Positions 1-12,414 of a DNA stretch of 56,026 bases are shown in pieces. Made by a program: the position numbers and the translations under genes. The stretch's first letter is position 1, and each line of letters opens with the position of its first letter. The notes below the pieces were generated by a model. It did not search any database, was not told the DNA's origin, and worked only from the letters and a program-made list of their open reading frames with translations. Source of the DNA: Nemertoderma westbladi (Eukaryota; Animalia; Xenacoelomorpha); contig JAUCBJ010000538.1 in the NCBI GenBank assembly GCA_032718475.1, positions 1 through 56,026 of the forward strand. The letters are read 5' to 3'.

Positions 1-199
1 GTGTGGGAGATTTGAGAACTGCATACGGAACAGACACCATCATTAAATAAAACACCACCCCCATAAGAGATAACTGTCAAGTTTCAACTTTAGGCAGATT
101 GTAAATAACAAAATTTCCAGAAAATGATCACTTTCAGATCCACCCTCTACCTGCGGACTGGTGAAATGCAGACGGCGCTGCAGTTTGGTAAAGATTGGG

Positions 200-2115
200 T
201 TTATGGTGAAGTAAAATGCCTGCCTTTCAAGTTTCAGCTTAAACAGATTGTAAATAACAAAATTGGTGTAGATGTTCACATTCAGACATTTCACCCTCTA
301 GCGGTAGACTGAAGAACTGTAGACGACTCTGGGACTCCGTAAAGATACAGAATATGCTGTAGTAGACTCCTGCCAAGTTCCAGCTCAATAGGATTAAAAA
401 GAACCAAATGGGATGAGGTGTTCACTATCAGATATTTCGCCCTCTAGCGGCAGATATGGACTGCCACCAGCGGGGATCGAACCCGCGTCTCCCGAAAAAC
501 GTTCAGTTATGCTAACCACTTAGAACTCTGTGACTCCGAAAAGGTACAGCCTATGCTGTAGTAGAAGCCTACCAAGTTTCAGTCTAAACCGTTAGTAAAT
601 AACAAGTTGGAGAAGATGTTAACTTTCAGACATTTCACCCTCTAGCGGTAGACTGGGGAAGTGAATAGGATTCTGCAACCCCGTAAAGATACAGCCTATG
701 ATGTAGTAGATACCAACCAAGTTTCAGCTCAAAATGATTAAAAAGAACCAAATGGGATGAGGTTTTCACTATCAGACAATTCGCCCTCTAGCGGCTGACT
801 GTGGAACTGTAGATGACTCTACTACTCCGCAAAGATATAGCCTATGCTATAGTAGATGCCTACCAAGTTTCAGTCTAAAAGGATTGTAAATAACAAAGTT
901 GGAGGAGATGTTAACTTTCAGACATTTCGCCCTCTAGCGGTAGACTGGGGAATTGTAGACGACTCTGCGACTCAGTAAAGATACAGCCTTTGCTGTAGTA
1001 GATGCCTACCAAGTTTCAGTCTAAACGGATTGTAAATAACAAAGTTGGAGAAGATGTTAACTCTCAGACATTTAGCCCTCTAGCGGTAGACTGGGGAATT
1101 GTAGACGACTCTGTGACTCAGTAAAGATACAGCCTTTGCTGTAGTAGATGCCTACCAAGTTTCAGTCTAAACGGATTGTAAATAACAAAGTTGGAGAAGA
1201 TGTTAACTCTCAGACATTTCGCCCTCTAGCGGTAGACTGGGGAATTGTAGACGACTCTGCGACTCAGTAAAGATACAGCCTTTGCTGTAGTAGATACCTA
1301 CCAAGTTTCAGTCTAAACGGATTGTAAATAACAAAGTTGGAGAAGATGTTAACTCTCAGACATTTAGCCCTCTAACGGTAGACTGGGGAATTGTAGACGA
1401 CTCTGCGACTCAGTAAAGATACAGCCTTTGCTGTAGTAGATGCCTACCAAGTTTCAGTCTAAACGGATTGTAAATAACAAAGTTGGAGAAGATGTTAACT
1501 TTCAGACATTTCGCCCTCTAGCGGTAGACTGGGGAATTGTAGACGACTCTGCGACTCAGTAAAGATACAGCCTTTGCTGTAGTAGATGCCTACCAAGTTT
1601 CAGTCTAAACGGATTGTAAATAACAAAGTTGGAGAAGATGTTATCTCTCAGACATTTAGCCCTCTAACGGTAGACTGGGGAATTGTAGACGACTCTGCGA
1701 CTCAGTAAAGATACAGCCTTTGCTGTAGTAGATGCCTACCAAGTTTCAGTCTAAACGGATTGTAAATAACAAAGTTGGAGAAGATGTTAACTTTCAGACA
1801 TTTCGCCCTCTAGCGGTAGACTGGGGAATTGTAGACGACTCTGCGACTCAGTAAAGATACAGCCTTTGCTGTAGTAGATGCCTACCAAGTTTCAGTCTAA
1901 ACGGATTGTAAATAACAAAGTTGGAGAAGATGTTAACTCTCAGACATTTAGCCCTCTAACGGTAGACTGGGGAACTGTGGACAACTCAGTGACTCCGGAA
2001 ATATACAGCCTATGCTGCTGCTGCAGTATATAGCAACCAAGTTTCAGCTCAAAAGCATTAAAAACAACCCAATGAGATCAGGTTTTCAGTATCGAACAAT
2101 TCGCCCTCTAGCGGC
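200..2115. repeat. 146-bp tandem array inside Helitron A (~13 units)
   Basis: TAGCGG recurs at 935, 1081, 1227 and onward (period 146). Each unit carries (C/A)GCCCTCTAGCGG. A shorter array of ~8 units lies at ~3210-4340 in copy B. Confidence 0.95.
461..523 (-). repeat. tRNA-derived (SINE-head-like) fragment inserted in Helitron copy A
   Basis: Minus strand reads AAGTGGTTAGCA...GGGAGACGCGGGTTCGATCCCCGC (A-box-like and B-box). Absent at the matching position of copy B (~3470). Confidence 0.6.
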
Positions 2116-2890
2116 AGACGGTGGAACTTCAGACGGCTCTGAGTATTACGTTGCAACAAGTTAGGGCAAGACCTATCTAACGAGCTATAGTAAGCGAGAT
2201 TTCATCGAGATTAGATGTATAATATTAGATAAAATAATAATACAGTAAGTATAGGCCTACAGAAATAATTATTTTACTTTTAATATTCATAACAGTAAAA
2301 CAAAAATGTTATAAACCTCTCCTTTTCCATGCAGCCAATGATTGAGAAAGCAGAATTACTCTGAGCAATTCGCAACAGACAACCCAAACCCACCCCAATC
2401 AACACTCCAGCCTGCTTGCTCCTTATCTGTGCCCAGCCAGCTAGCTGCGAGTTCAATAATTACCTTAACCTTGCTATGAAACAGAAAACAATCCTTCCCT
2501 ATTCAATACCAATAGGCCAATTCGATCGTGCTTGGCGAATATGACATATTTATACACTATTTGGTTTTTAATCAATAAATAATCATACATATTTATATTA
2601 AACACTCGAATAAAATAAAAACTTTGTGAGAATGGGACACGGCGAATCTACTCATGTTAATTTTATACCAGATGGGATAAATGTTAGCCCTCTAAATAAT
2701 TAATTACCGATAGAAGAACCGAAATAATTCGATAAATTTCGCCCGAAAATCACGAAAATCGCCCTCTAGCGGCAGACGGGTGAACTTCAGACGACTCTGA
2801 GTATTACGTTGCAACGAGTTAGAGCGAGACCTTTCTAACGAGCTATAGCAAGCGAGATTTCATCGAGATGGGTTCGATTGTATAGCTGAT

Positions 2891-2927
<37 letters not shown>

Positions 2928-2948
2928 TCGAGATTTATATATATTAGA

Positions 2949-5176
2949 CTAGAAAGCCTGTGGCCCTTCGGGCCACAGCTTTCTAGTGCACGTGCAGATG
3001 ATATATGAATATGTGTGGGAGATTTGAGAACTGCATACGGAACAGACACCATCATTAAATAAAACACCACCCCCATAAGAGATAACTGTCAAGTTTCAAC
3101 TTTAGGCAGATTGTAAATAACAAAATTTCCAGAAAATGATCACTTTCAGATCCACCCTCTACCTGCGGACTGGTGAAATGCAGACGGCGCTGCAGTTTGG
3201 TAAAGATGGGGTTTATGGTGAAGTAAAATGCCTGCCTTTCAAGTTTCAGCTTAAACAGATTGTAAATAACAAAATTGATGTAGATGTTCACATTCAGACA
3301 TTTCACCCTCTAGCGGTAGACTGAAGAACTGTGGACGACTCTGGGACTCCGTAAAGATACAGAATATGCTGTAGTAGATTCCTGCCAAGTTCCATCTCAA
3401 TAGGATTAAAAAGAACCAAATGGGATGAGGTGTTCACTATCAGATATGTCGCCCTCTAGCGGCAGATGGGGGGACTGTATACAACTCTGTGACTCCGTAA
3501 AGGTACAGCCTATGCTGTAGTAGATGCCTACCAAGTTTCAGTCTAAACCGTTAGTAAATAACAAAGTTGGAGAAGATGTTAACTTTCAGACATTTCACCC
3601 TCTAGCGGTAGACTGGGGAAGTGAATAGGATTCTGCAACCCCGTAAAGATACAGCCTATGATGTAGTAGATACCAACCAAGTTTCAGCTCAAAATGATTA
3701 AAAAGAACCAAATGGGATGAGGTGTTCACTATCAGATATGTCGCCCTCTAGCGGCAGATGGGGGGACTGTATACAACTCTGTAACTCCGTAAAGGTACAG
3801 CCTATGCTGTAGTAGATGCCTACCAAGTTTCAGTCTAAACCGTTAGTAAATAACAAAGTTGGAGAAGATGTTAACTTTCAGACAATTCGCCCTCTAGCGG
3901 CTGACTGTGGAACTGTAGACGACTCTACTACTCCGCAAAGATATAGCCTATGCTATAGTAGATGCCTACCAAGTTTCAGTCTAAAAGGATTGTAAATAAC
4001 AAAGTTGGAGGAGATGTTAACTTTCATACATTTCGCCCTCTAGCGGCAGACGCGGGTAATGTAGACAACTCTGCGCGACTCAGTAAAGATATAGCCTATG
4101 CTGTAGTAGATGCCTACCAAGTTCAGTCTAAATGGATTATAAATAACAAAGTTGGAGAAGATGTTAACTCTCAGACATTTAGCCCTCTAACGGTAGACTG
4201 GGGAACTGTGGACAACCCAGTGACTCCGGAAATATACAGCCTATGCTGCAGTATATAGCTACCAAGTTTCAGCTCAAAAGCATTAAAAACAACCCAATAA
4301 GATCAGGTTTTCACTATCGGACAATTCGCCCTCTAGCGGCAGACGGGGGAACTTCAGACGGCTCTGAGTATTACGTTGCAACGAGTTAGGGCGAGACCTA
4401 TCTAACGAGCTATAGTAAGCGAGATTTCATCGAGATTAGATGTATAATATTAGATAAAATAATAATACAGTAAGTATAGGCCTACAGAAATAATTATTTT
4501 ACTTTTAATATTCATAACAGTAAAACAAAAATGTTATAAACCTCTCCTTCCATGCAGCCAATGATTGAGAAAGCAGAATTACACTTGAGCAGTTCGCAAC
4601 AGACAACCCAAACCCACCCCAATCAACACTACAGCCTGGCTTGCTCCTTATCTGTGCCCAGCTAGCTGTGATTTCAATAATTACCTTAACGTTGCTATGA
4701 TACAGAAAAAAATCCTTCCCTATTCACTACAGCACTAAGAATATGCCAATTCGATCGTGCTTGGCGAATATGACATATTTATACACTATTTGGTTTTTAA
4801 TCAATAAATAATCATACATATTTATATTAAACACTCGAATAAAATAAAAACTTTGTGAGAATGGGACACGGCGAATCTACCCATGTTAATTTTATACCAG
4901 GTGGGATAAATGTTAGCCCTCTAAATCATTAATTACCGATAGAAGAACCGAAATAATTCGATAAATTTCGCCCAAAATCACGAAAATCGCCCTCTAGCGG
5001 CAGACGGGCGAACTTCAGACGACTCTGAGTATTACGTTGCAACGAGTTAGAGCGAGACCTTTCTAACGAGCTATAGCAAGCGAGATTTCATCGAGATGGG
5101 TTCGATTGTATAGCCGATGACAAACACACAGACAGACAGACTGACTGACAGACAATCGATATTTATATATATTAGA
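2949..5176 (-). mobile_element. Non-autonomous Helitron, copy B (complete, 2228 bp)
   Basis: 5' TC at 5176 is preceded by A. The 3' end has the hairpin TGTGGCCC-GAA-GGGCCACA followed by CTAG at 2949-2952. No TSD. Confidence 0.9.
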
Positions 5177-6775
5177 TTACCTGTATATTATATTTAGTGC
5201 GACGGCGAGAAATAATTCTTTTTCTCTTTCCTTACTGTCCGTATTACATTATAAATACGTGACTACAGTAAGATGAAATATCCGTACTTATTAAAGTACA
5301 ATAAAGCTCCTACTATATTCAAGTATTAATGGTAAGCAGAGTATTAGGAATGCAAAGTTCAGATCCTCGTGTCTCGGCTAAACCAAGCTCTGGGTAGACC
5401 TTGGAAACGACTTGCCTCTTCTCACTGACATTGCTTCGTGCGATATTGCTCTCATACCGTATATTAAATAATACATATAGTAGCGTGATGTCCCTTTAAC
5501 AGTAGCGTATAACGCAAAATAAATCTGTTAAACCCTTTGACCATCTGCAATTCTAGTCGATTAAGATATCGCGGCACCCACCGATATACTTGAAAGGCAA
5601 ATTCTAGAATCAGTGGTTAACGTCCCCAGACAAGTTCTGGAATAAACTGGTGCCCATCCTAAATATTAATTATTAATATTTACAAAATCTGTCAAATTTC
5701 AGATCCTTTAAAATTCTAGTCAATTAAGATATCGTAGCACTTACCGATACTCTTAAAAGGACAAATTTCCTAGAATCAAGGATCCCAGTCCCCAGACATG
5801 CTCTGGAATAAAATTGTGTCTATTTAATATTAAATAATAAAATTTACGGGAATAAATTTAAATTCATATTTTAATGAATTTGATAAATTGTCATTTTTAT
5901 ACAATTTATAACATTCCCAAAATTCCATAAATTAATAGATCATGGGAGCGGAGATTCACCCTATTAAGTATATTAGTGTGCGAGAATCTCCAATATATAG
6001 TCAATAGCCAATAAAATTCATAAAATCATGTATAGAGAGAAATATTGACAATTAAAGAATTACTATTAAATAGCATCCCAGATCTGTATGCATGAGAATT
6101 ACCCTAATTCTACCGCTAGCTTTCCATAATTTCACCATGGCAACAACCACGCTAGAATTAGAAGTGAGTTAAAAGAACAATAAAGCTTGCCCATTGAATA
6201 GCATAAGGAATAAATAGCACAATGCTAGTATCCCAGGATACCCAATAATAACGTGGCATTCTGGAAGGCACTGACTAACGTACAAATGGCCCGAATGTGT
6301 ACAATTTGTGACAGTTGCGTGGAATTTGTGCGTTTATAGGTGAATGTTACTACTAAAGTGTGTTTACAGTAGCAAGTCGCAATTGTGAAAGTAGCCCTAA
6401 CTCTCCAGTAAGAACCTGAAGTAAATCTAAGCCTTTGGGATGGACGGTGGAGTGACTAGCGCTGGTTGTTGTGGTCGTTGTGCAGCTACGACGTTGGCGA
6501 TAGGCACATCGGCGAAAGTACACCAGCGCTGAGGATCTTGCGCTGTCCGGGGGCCGAGAGGGGTAGGCAGTGACGCCCGCTAGCCTAAATATAAACTCAT
6601 TATAATATTGATAAACTCACATAGCAGATATGACTGAGTTGATAGAAGATGATCTTGGTATCAGGGAGCGATATACTCTACCTTTACAAGCGTTTGTTGA
6701 TAGCTTGATACTAGTATACGCGGCGACGCTGGTCCAACTACTACGGAGGACGATGGTCATTATATCGAACCGCCA

Positions 6776-8165
6776 ATGTCCCAGGAGCAACTTACGCGTG
6801 AATTGGACTATAGAAAATTCACCGCTCGCTATACGCATCATAATGGTATGTATATGGACTTCTTAACTACTAGTCATTCTATCGATTTACACGATACGGA
6901 CGATGTCGACACCGAAAGGGAAATGGTTTTATTTAAATATCATACCCAGCGGAAGCGGAACGATAAACTGAGACTCGAACACGAAAATTCTATTCGAAAC
7001 CGACTCGAAAGTGAAGATGTTGAAGAGCCGGATAAACGCAGCGACTTCAACAAATATCTGGAATTCTTGAGAGAAACATATCTCAATATTACCAGTTACC
7101 ATTACAGAATCTAGAAACTCGATATCCTCAAGGTATACATCATGACCGCATGGTGGAACTCAAGCGGCTCTGTTCCACTATGATGTATCTTACCGCCGAT
7201 CGACCGCTACCTGTTGTACCGGATGGCTTCGAGCAGATGGGGGAGTGTTGTGAACTGGAGAGAGATCACTCACGTTTCCCCTACAAGACGTGCGTCTTTG
7301 GTATTATTGCGATGGTGCCCTTGACCCAACCAACAAACGGAAAGACCTAAACATCCGCGGAGACGTTGCACTAAACACGGTTTTACTCGCTATACTTACG
7401 GGTGTTTTGAGCGAAATTTGTTTGACGTATCACCTACGCTCGTTCGACTCAGACGATCCTTAAATAAACCAATGATCAGAGTTCTGGAATACTCGATCAG
7501 ACCTCCTCATTCCCTAGTGAGACCTCAGACTCTTGATCCTATTAGTATGACGGATCCTCCCGAACTGTACTCACTGTTCAAAGATCTAGTGTTACCTGAA
7601 CAGTTAGTCGGTGGCACCCCGGTTGTGGTCTTCCTAGATATTAGCCCATCCTACCTAGCCAGATTGGGATGCGGACATTTAATGTCGCCGTTTGACCCTT
7701 GCCATCGTCCCGTTTAAACACCGATACAACCTGTCACCAGAGTGGAGGAGAGCGTTGTGCCAAGCGCGTTAGACGCTATTCTACAAAAGATCAGAAAAGG
7801 AACCTACGCTTGTTCAGATAAACGTAAATTGCACTAGCAGGTCCAAGCGGTAAACAAAGTAACTTTATCTCAGTTCGATCGGGAAATCCAGAATCTCTAA
7901 GAAGTTATCGAACTTGGACGACCCTATTCTCCGCGAGAATTTTTGGATGGACACATCCAACGACAAGCGGAGGAAAATCAGCTCGAAGAGAAGCATATCG
8001 AAATGGACGAGACACCGACTGTAACCCTAACCTTCTGATGCAATTGTATTGCACCCTTCGCCCAGGAGTTATAGCTCTCCTAGTAAAGTGGCTCGCCCCA
8101 AAGAGAAAAGGACTCTCGCTAGCCTCAAAAAACTGCGTAAACGCCGTCCGCGCGGGAGAGACTGA
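6776..8165 (+). pseudogene. Decayed extra 3' ORF region of the BEL/Pao family, copy 1 (unknown product)
   Basis: ORF pieces 6776-7114, 7150-7350 and 7418-7717 match pieces at 36775-38156; frameshifts and stops are present. Confidence 0.55.
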
Positions 8166-8243
8166 CTGTTTAGAGTATTTTTATATTTTAGAAACTGTGA
8201 TTTTTTATATTTTATAGAATTAAATCCCATTTTCTGGGAGCGG

Positions 8244-9401
8244 TGTAAAAGCTTTTGCGGGATGTAACTGGCCCTTTTTCTCCGCAATCCAGTTTTCCCT
8301 CAATGCGCTCAAATACTCTAAAACTGCCTTGCTCGAGTGATGCATTCTGCTGGCTGATTGGCCGATTTGCTGTACGTATGGCCTCTTTGTTCTGTTCGAT
8401 TAACCAATCAGAACAATGATCGACCAATCAGAGCGATTTAGCCTTGTGTTGGCTATGGGCTGCAAAGGCTAGGGAGGTTTGGCATTTAGACGTTCGTGGA
8501 AACTATAGAATCTGGAGTTCTGCCAATGAGAGCTATTTCTCTTTGTGTTGAAAGCTGCCTACAATGGCCCACAGGTTTCAGTGTGTTGGTTTTCCTGATG
8601 CCATGAACATCGGCTATGGAATTATTCTGTTTCAGACTTTAGCCAAAACATTAGAACGGCTTTGATTACCGGAACGTATAACTGTTATCCTGCCTGTCAA
8701 CTGCATTATATACACACCGCATTATTTTACTGCTATTTACTGTCGGTTATTAATTGTATCTGTTGATGGAATATCGTTATATTTGGATAATATCAATAAA
8801 TAATTATAAAACCCCATCTTCTTGATATACTGAAGGTAAGAGACCGGTTACATATAGCAATTGCGACTTATATGATATTGGTTTTGGAGTGAATCTAATG
8901 CTATTTCATAGGCACTACATGGGTCAATTGCTATTCTCTTTATATGTGACTAAAATTAGTAAAGGTCGGCAGATCAGTGTGCAGTATTGTGCGGTACCGG
9001 TAGTGTGCATGATTGGGACAGATAACAAAGCATCTCCTAAAGAATGCGCCTTATACGTGAATCATAAGCCATCCCGTTGTGTTTAGTGTAAGTCATAGCT
9101 CTGTTTATATATTTAGAGCGCCACGTCCTAAAGGAACTGTTAATATTTCCCGAAAGTGAATAATATTGTCAGAAATTATATATTAACGATCAATCGAATA
9201 ATACAGTAGGCCTACACCGCAATAAGGTCAGAGCCCCCGAATCCATTCTCCCGGGTATATCCAGCGGGTGAATGATCGCGCATAGGCTGGCTTCGGCTAA
9301 TGTAGTGTATCAAATACTCGTCGTAGGCTAAAGTCGATATACAAACTAAAAGACACCTAAAATTAGCGGGTTAAACTGCTAAAGGTCTAAAAGCGCGAAC
9401 A
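8244..9401 (+). repeat. 3' LTR (subfamily 1, 1158 bp)
   Basis: TGTAAAAGC...GCGCGAACA. The 3' half is similar to the other LTRs and the 5' part is divergent. Confidence 0.92.
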
Positions 9402-9559
9402 GCTATTTTTACACTAACCAACTTAATTAATTTTAATTTAATGCCAATTTTATGATAATGCCTATGCTGGCTTGAAAAAAATACTTTTGCCACCACCATG
9501 CAGTCCACAATTGGCGTGCCCAATGATGTGTGATTTAAGAATGCTGTAATATGTCTGCT

Positions 9560-10450
9560 TATCAACCGTACTTGCTTGCACCGCCACAACTCCCTATCCC
9601 TCATGACTTTAGCGAGATTATCCGCATCTTCAAGACCATTCTCAAGAAAGTCATGGGCTGTCCACCTTGCTTATACTTACTACCACTTATACTTACAGTT
9701 ACTTTACAACAATTTAGTTCTGTACTGTTCTACTGTAAAGTACTTAAACACTTTAAGGTTTATCTTGTCGTAGGTACTACAATCACTGCTGATTGTGTTT
9801 TACTTTTCTCACCTGATGACGGTGATATTATGTTTATATATTTTCTAATATAGTCAATTACGATTATGTATAAGAAAGGTGCAGGTGTGTCACCCTGTAG
9901 CACTCCCCATAACACTTCGAATGGATCTGTGTCACCGTCAACAGTAGACACAAATGTTGTCGAACCATCGTATACTGATCTGATTGCTGCAATAATTTCA
10001 TCAGGAATCCCATATAATGAAAGTATGCTGAACATACGTGAGCGAGAGACTGAATCAAAGGCCTTGAAGAAGTCAACAAAGATAACAGCCAGATGCCTGT
10101 CTTTCTTTTTGAAACTTCTTCAATTATCCTTCTAAGTGCCAAAATGGGCTCCATGGTCCCACGACCTTTACGGAACCTGATTTCCACGGAGCAGTCTCTC
10201 AATGGGATCCCTGCGATCTAATATAATTCTATTGTATAGCTTTGCAGCAATCGAGATCAATGAGATTCCCCGAAAAGAACAACCATAGTGTTAGGTTGCC
10301 CTCTCTGGAACTGGCACCAACTTATTTGTTTTCATTTCTTGTGGGACTTTTGTCGTTCGGTACATGTCTACTATAATGAGATAAATGAGCTCCAAACACT
10401 CAGGTATTTTAATGACCTAAGGGGGGACCATCTACTCCACAAACTGCAAA
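9560..10450 (-). mobile_element. RTE-clade LINE reverse transcriptase fragments (degenerate)
   Basis: Motifs RGISLISIAAKLYNRIIL, FRKGRGTMEPILALRRIIE, FVDFFKAFDSV, YGIP, GVLQGDTPAPFLYIIVIDY and C-terminal MRDRELWR, spread across frames. Confidence 0.88.
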
Positions 10451-10574
10451 CAGATGATTATGTGACAATGTTGCCAAGGCCAACATTCCTACTAATTATT
10501 ATTACAGATGATAGAAAAAATAAAGTATTGAGGGTCTTTAGCTGGTTATATTATATTAGATAAAGATACAATAG

Positions 10575-10608
10575 TAAACGTTTTCGACCTACCGGTCTGC
10601 ATCAGAGT
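10575..10608 (-). ncRNA. Degenerate minimal hammerhead ribozyme core
   Basis: Minus strand: CTGATGCA-GACC-GGTA-GGTC-GAAA-ACGTT. One core substitution versus CTGATGA; stem I is not evident. Confidence 0.45.
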
Positions 10609-10713
10609 ATGTACTGGCAACTAACAGGAAAAGGTGGGGGTCTATATATATATATATAAGTTTTAAAGGGGAATACCTGATAGGTGAATCCCAGAAAGGT
10701 TAACGTGTATGTA

Positions 10714-12414
10714 TGTGGGGCGAGCCACGAAGTTGGCGGAGCCTTAGCGAATTGACACTGTTAGGGGGTGGGTCAATTTATGCAAATAGTTGCCACGAAG
10801 TTGGCGGAGCCTTAGCGAATTGACACTGTTAGGGGGTTGGTCAATTTATGCAAATAGTTGTCGTCGTCGTCGTCGTCGTTGTCGTCGTCGTCGTCGTCGT
10901 CGTTGTCGTCGTCGTCGTCGTCGTCGTTACGATTTTGACATGCTAATAACTTTGTCGGATTTAAAGCTGCCAAGTTGAAAATTTGTAGGTATCAATATGA
11001 GCAAAGGTTGATATTTTTGAGAGACTTTCAGACACCATCAGTGCAATGGTCTCCCGCTAGAGGGCCACATGTCTAAACATTAAATGCCCTCCCATTTCTT
11101 TGCTTTTAATCCGTTTAAGCTGAAACTTCGCAGATATGTATTAGACCATTAGCTGTGACTTTCAAAGGAGGCGAATCCATCTGCAGTTCTCCAGTCTGCC
11201 GCTAGAGGGCCAAAGGTCTGAAAGTGAAATCGTTGTCGTCGTTACGATTTTGACATGCTAATAACTTTGTCGGATTTAAAGCTGCCAAGTTGAAAATTTG
11301 TAGGTATCAATATGAGCAAAAGTTGAGATTTTTGAGAGACTTTCAGACACCATCAGTGCAATGGTCTCCCGCTAGAGGGCCACATGTCTAAACATTAAAT
11401 GCCCTCCCATTTCTTTGCTTTTAATCCGTTTAAGCTGAAACTTGGCAGATATGTATTAGACCATTAGCTGTGACTTTCAAAGGAGGCGAATCCATCTGCA
11501 GTTCTCCAGTCTGCCGCTAGAGGGCCAAAGGTCTGAAAGTGAAATCGTTGTCGTCGTTACGATTTTGACATGCTAATAACTTTGTCGGATTTAAAGCCTC
11601 CAAGTTGAAAATTTGTAGGTATCAATATGAGCTAAAGTTGAGATTTTTGAGAGACTTTCAGACACCATCAGTGCAATGGTCTCCCGCTAGAGGGCCACAT
11701 GTCTAAACATTAAATGCCCTCCCATTTCTTTGCTTTTAATCCGTTTAAGCTGAAACTTGGCAGATATGTATTAGACCATTAGCTGTGACTTTCAAAGGAG
11801 GCGAATCCATCTGCAGTTCTCCAGTCTGCCGCTAGAGGGCCAAATGTCTGAAAGTGAAATCGTTGTCGTCGTTATGATATTGACATGCTTATAACTTTGA
11901 GGAATTTAAAGCTGCCAAGTTGAAAATTTGTTTTGTTGAAAATCAGTTCAACAGTCACCCGCTATAGGACTACTTTATGCCTGAAAGTGAATAGATTCTC
12001 CCGTCTCATTGATTTTAATCAGTTTAAGCTGAATCTTGCCATATATTCTGGACCACATGCTGCGTCTTTGTGGGGGGGGGGGGGGGGGGGGGAGATTTAA
12101 TCGGCCTGCCGCTATACGACGAAATTTCTGAAAGTGAGATCCGTCTCTCATTTCGTTATCCGTTATTCAAGAGGAAACTTGGCCGATGTACGTATGTACT
12201 ATTCATCCATAGGCTGTGTCTTTGTGGGGCTGGAGACCCTAATCCATCTTCAGTTCTCACTATACCGCTAGAGTCAGAAATGTCTGAATAGAAATGAAAG
12301 AGGTAAAAAGTGATTAGGCGAAATCTGCTTAAAATTTGCTAATACAGTAATACTTTCGAATTAGTACTTAAATTAAATTTAAGTCACGTGCTGCGCGAAG
12401 GCCCCACTTCGTGT
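10714..12414 (+). mobile_element. Non-autonomous Crypton-V-like or Helentron(HINE)-like element
   Basis: Ends TGTGGGGCGAGCCACGAAG and CGTGCTGCGCGAAGGCCCCAC are shared with other copies in the window. Contains (GTC)n at 10858-10929 and a 315-bp repeat (10926, 11241, 11556, 11871). The superfamily is inferred. Confidence 0.65.

Larger units (their letters stand above)
1..2948 (-). mobile_element. Non-autonomous Helitron, copy A (3' end lies just left of the window)
   Basis: Minus strand starts at 2948 with TCTAATATATATAAAT followed by a (TGTC)n microsatellite, a typical Helitron 5' end. Colinear with copy B (position 1 corresponds to 3013). Confidence 0.85.
5177..9401 (+). mobile_element. 3' portion of a BEL/Pao LTR retrotransposon (3' internal region plus 3' LTR), interrupted on the left by the Helitron array
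   Basis: 5177-8243 is colinear and highly similar to 35168-38234, with the same purine tract GGGAGCGG before the LTR. Confidence 0.92.

Noticed and set aside
43-4258. Short ORFs within the Helitrons
   Set aside because: Derived from tandem-repeat units; no Rep or helicase motifs.
10790-10978. Protamine-like poly-Arg ORF
   Set aside because: Produced by a (GTC)n microsatellite inside a transposon.
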